Shown piece after piece: positions 61,775 through 64,000 of a stretch of 64,000 nt of DNA. The notes beneath the pieces are model-generated. The model did not search any database, was not told where the DNA came from, and worked only from the letters and a program-made list of their open reading frames with translations. The stretch lies in NCBI GenBank assembly GCA_013265495.1, contig MU058456.1, positions 496,001-560,000 of the forward strand. The letters are read 5' to 3'. The position numbers were made by a program, and so were the translations under genes. The stretch is from Vicugna vicugna (lineage: Eukaryota). Within the stretch, counting starts at the first letter, position 1. Each line of letters starts with the position of its first letter.

Positions 61775-62012
61775 TTCTAACCTACAGTAAGAAATACATT
61801 TTATATCACAATTTAGTACTCATCCTAAAAATACACAGCTAACTGATTATAGACTGTGTTGCCGAAGGAAAGGTAGAACAGTTTTTTACCCTACTGGAGC
61901 AATACTCTGATATTTTCTATTTCATTCCATTGTGATTTCTTGGAAGTTCTAGCCTTGACTCGCTAAATGGATTCTACTGATGGATCATGATCCACAGAGT
62001 GGAAAACACCTG
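61775..62012. mobile_element. Non-autonomous hAT-Charlie element (Charlie4-like)
   Basis: ACAGTAAGAAATACATTTTATATC...CAATACTCTGATATTTTCTATT...GATCATGATCCACAGAGTGGAAAACAC. Confidence 0.6.
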
Positions 62013-62419
62013 CCCAGTTCTCTTCAGGTTATCTTCTAATGGACAAGATGTCCCCCTCAGAGTTCTTTGTGGTCTCGTGTCTCTAGACACCTCCCACTCA
62101 GTGGAGGGAGTAGAGGGAGAAGGCAGTAAGGCTATTATCTCCAAGGGCAAGACACCATGGAGACATTTCCATTGAGGAAATAACATGCTAAGGCAATCAG
62201 TGACCTCTCAGTAGGACACACAAGACGTCACTGCCGGTTGCCTAGATAACATATCTCTGCTGAGCAGGTGGTTAGTTGTGCTAGAAACATTGTGTGGGTT
62301 TTTATTGGGTGGTGGGGAGTTGGGAGGGAGAAGGATGTCATCTTTCTTTTCCTTTTGTCCTTACTGTTAAATGCCTGTCTTCATTATGTATAGAATGGCA
62401 GGATTTTGGGTCCTGCACT

Positions 62420-62604
62420 TGTGCTGTTTCCCTCTGGGACTCTGGGTTGGGCCCATGTTGGAAACTATTGTGGTTTTCTCTGACCAAGTAACTCAGGTTC
62501 TTCAGTTATAAAATGCGGGATAATACCACCTACCTGGTTGATTTTTTTTTCATGAAGATTAAGTGAGCTAATATGTAGACAGTACAGTGAAGTACAGGAA
62601 ACAT
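62420..62604 (+). mobile_element. MIR SINE
   Basis: CTCAGGTTCTTCAGTTATAAAATGCGGGATAATACCACCTACCT...GAAGATTAAGTGAGCTAATATGTA. Confidence 0.75.
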
Positions 62605-62632
62605 TTTAAATAAATGGCCTCTGTTATTTTCT

Positions 62633-63449
62633 CTTTTTTAAACACTTTTTATTGATTTATAATCATTTTACAATGTTGTGTCAAATTCCAGTGTAGAGAA
62701 CAATTTTTCAGTTATACATGAACATATATATATTCATTGTCACATTTTTTCTCTGTGAGCTACCATAAGATCTTGTATATATTTCCCTGTGCTATACAGT
62801 ATAATCTTATTTATCTATTCTACAATTTTGAAATCCCAGTCTATCTCTTCCCACCCCCTGCTCCCCTTGGCAACCACAAGTTTATGTTCTATGTCTGTGA
62901 GTCTATTTCTGTTTTGTATTTATGCTTTGTTTGGTTTTTTTTTTTTTTTAATTCCACATATGAGCGATCTCATGTGGTATTTTTCCTTCTCTTTCTGGCT
63001 TGCTTCACTTAGAATGACATTCTCCAGGAGCATCCATGTTGCTGCAAATGGAGTTATGTTGTTGGTTTTTATGGCTGAGTAGTATTTCATTGTATAAATA
63101 TACCACATCTTCTTTATCCAGTCATCTGTTGATGGACATTTAGGCTATTTCCATGTCTTGGCCATTGTAAATAATGCTGCTGTGAACACTGGGGTGCAGG
63201 TGTCATCCTGAAGTAGGGTTCCTTCTGGATATATGCCCAGGAGTGGGATTCCTGGGTCATATGGTAAGTCTATTCCTAGTCTTTTGAGGAAGGTCCATAC
63301 TGTTTTCCACAGTGGCTGCACCAAACTGCATTCCCACCAGCAGTGAAGGAGGACTCCCTTTTCTCCACAGCCTCTCCGGCATTTGTCATTTGTGGATTTT
63401 TGAATGATGGCCATCCTGACTGGTGTGAGGTGATACCTCATTGTAGTTT
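62633..63449 (-). mobile_element. Young 5'-truncated camelid L1 (ORF2 C-terminus and 3'UTR) with long TSD
   Basis: ORFs 63145-63441 and 62920-63108 are the L1 ORF2 C-terminus; flanking direct repeat AAATGGCCTCTGTTATTTTCT at 62612-62632 and 63454-63474. Confidence 0.95.
62920..63441 (-). pseudogene. L1 ORF2p C-terminal remnant (CCHC region), non-functional
   Basis: [16 protein letters not shown]...[18 protein letters not shown]...[12 protein letters not shown]...WK* then WYIYTMKYYSAIK...SLICGI; one in-frame stop, and the normal terminal stop is lost. Confidence 0.9.
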
Positions 63450-64000
63450 AAACAAATGGCCTCTGTTATTTTCTTCATGTAACTAAAGTATTATTGACGT
63501 TAGATTAGTTGGGTCATTTTAGTTAGGACTAGGGAAGATGTGGGACCTGAGTTTCATATATAGAATAGGCTGAAAATCAAAGTTCTTCTGTTGGTGTGTG
63601 CTGAAACTTTGAACAGAGGATAAATTTCCATGAAAAAAATGCACTTGAATTCAGAAAGGTAAGGTATCAAAGTATATCCAAGTTGAGATAGTTCTTTAGG
63701 TGGCTTCTGAAGGACGTTGGTTCTTTGGAATAGCATACTCTGAATTTGCCTGGAGTGAACAAAGCTTTTAAACACTCTAAATTACATGTAAGTGTATATA
63801 TAATCTTGAATATTTCAGTATCTTTGCTCTAGTCCTTTGCATGGTAGGTTTCTGGTGCATTTCTGATAACTAAGCCTAAGTTTTTTAATATGAGATGCCT
63901 TTGAATGATGGAAAAGTCATGACTATAAGAAATCTGATTTCTGTTGGATAGTGAACAAGTTTAGCTCAAAGATATCATTGGTCGGAGTCTATGGAAATAG

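Noticed and set aside
63617..63658. 42-nt in-frame segment before donor AAG|GTAAGG (RINFHEKNALEFRK)
   Set aside because: The acceptor lacks a proper pyrimidine tract and the peptide is not recognised

Overview
This is mammalian genomic DNA, not prokaryotic. It is most likely camelid (alpaca/llama/camel): it carries two tRNA-derived vic-1-type SINEs and cetartiodactyl-type L1 3' ends, and I saw no Alu, Bov-A, PRE-1 or Can-SINE. I recognise no protein-coding gene, rRNA, true tRNA or CRISPR array. The ORF track is mostly chance ORFs plus decayed L1/L2 ORF2 frames. Much of the window is transposon relics: L2, MIR, CR1/L3, old and young L1, five MaLR LTRs, MER5, Charlie and Tigger. These are separated by unique blocks that look like cis-regulatory DNA. 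All five MaLR LTRs, both vic-1 SINEs and most L1 sequence lie on the minus strand, which suggests a large intron of a plus-strand gene that I could not identify. The most notable observations are (1) a near-perfect 36-bp inverted repeat (97-nt pre-miRNA-like hairpin, 33128-33224) built by local template switching from an L2 3' end, (2) several small plus-strand exon/microexon candidates of 3, 18, 33 and 48 nt, (3) an L1 with an unusually long TSD, and (4) TALE- and SOX-motif clusters. Repeat subfamily names come from recalled consensus sequences, and boundaries are approximate unless TSDs are given. I found no demonstrably new biological system, only testable candidates.
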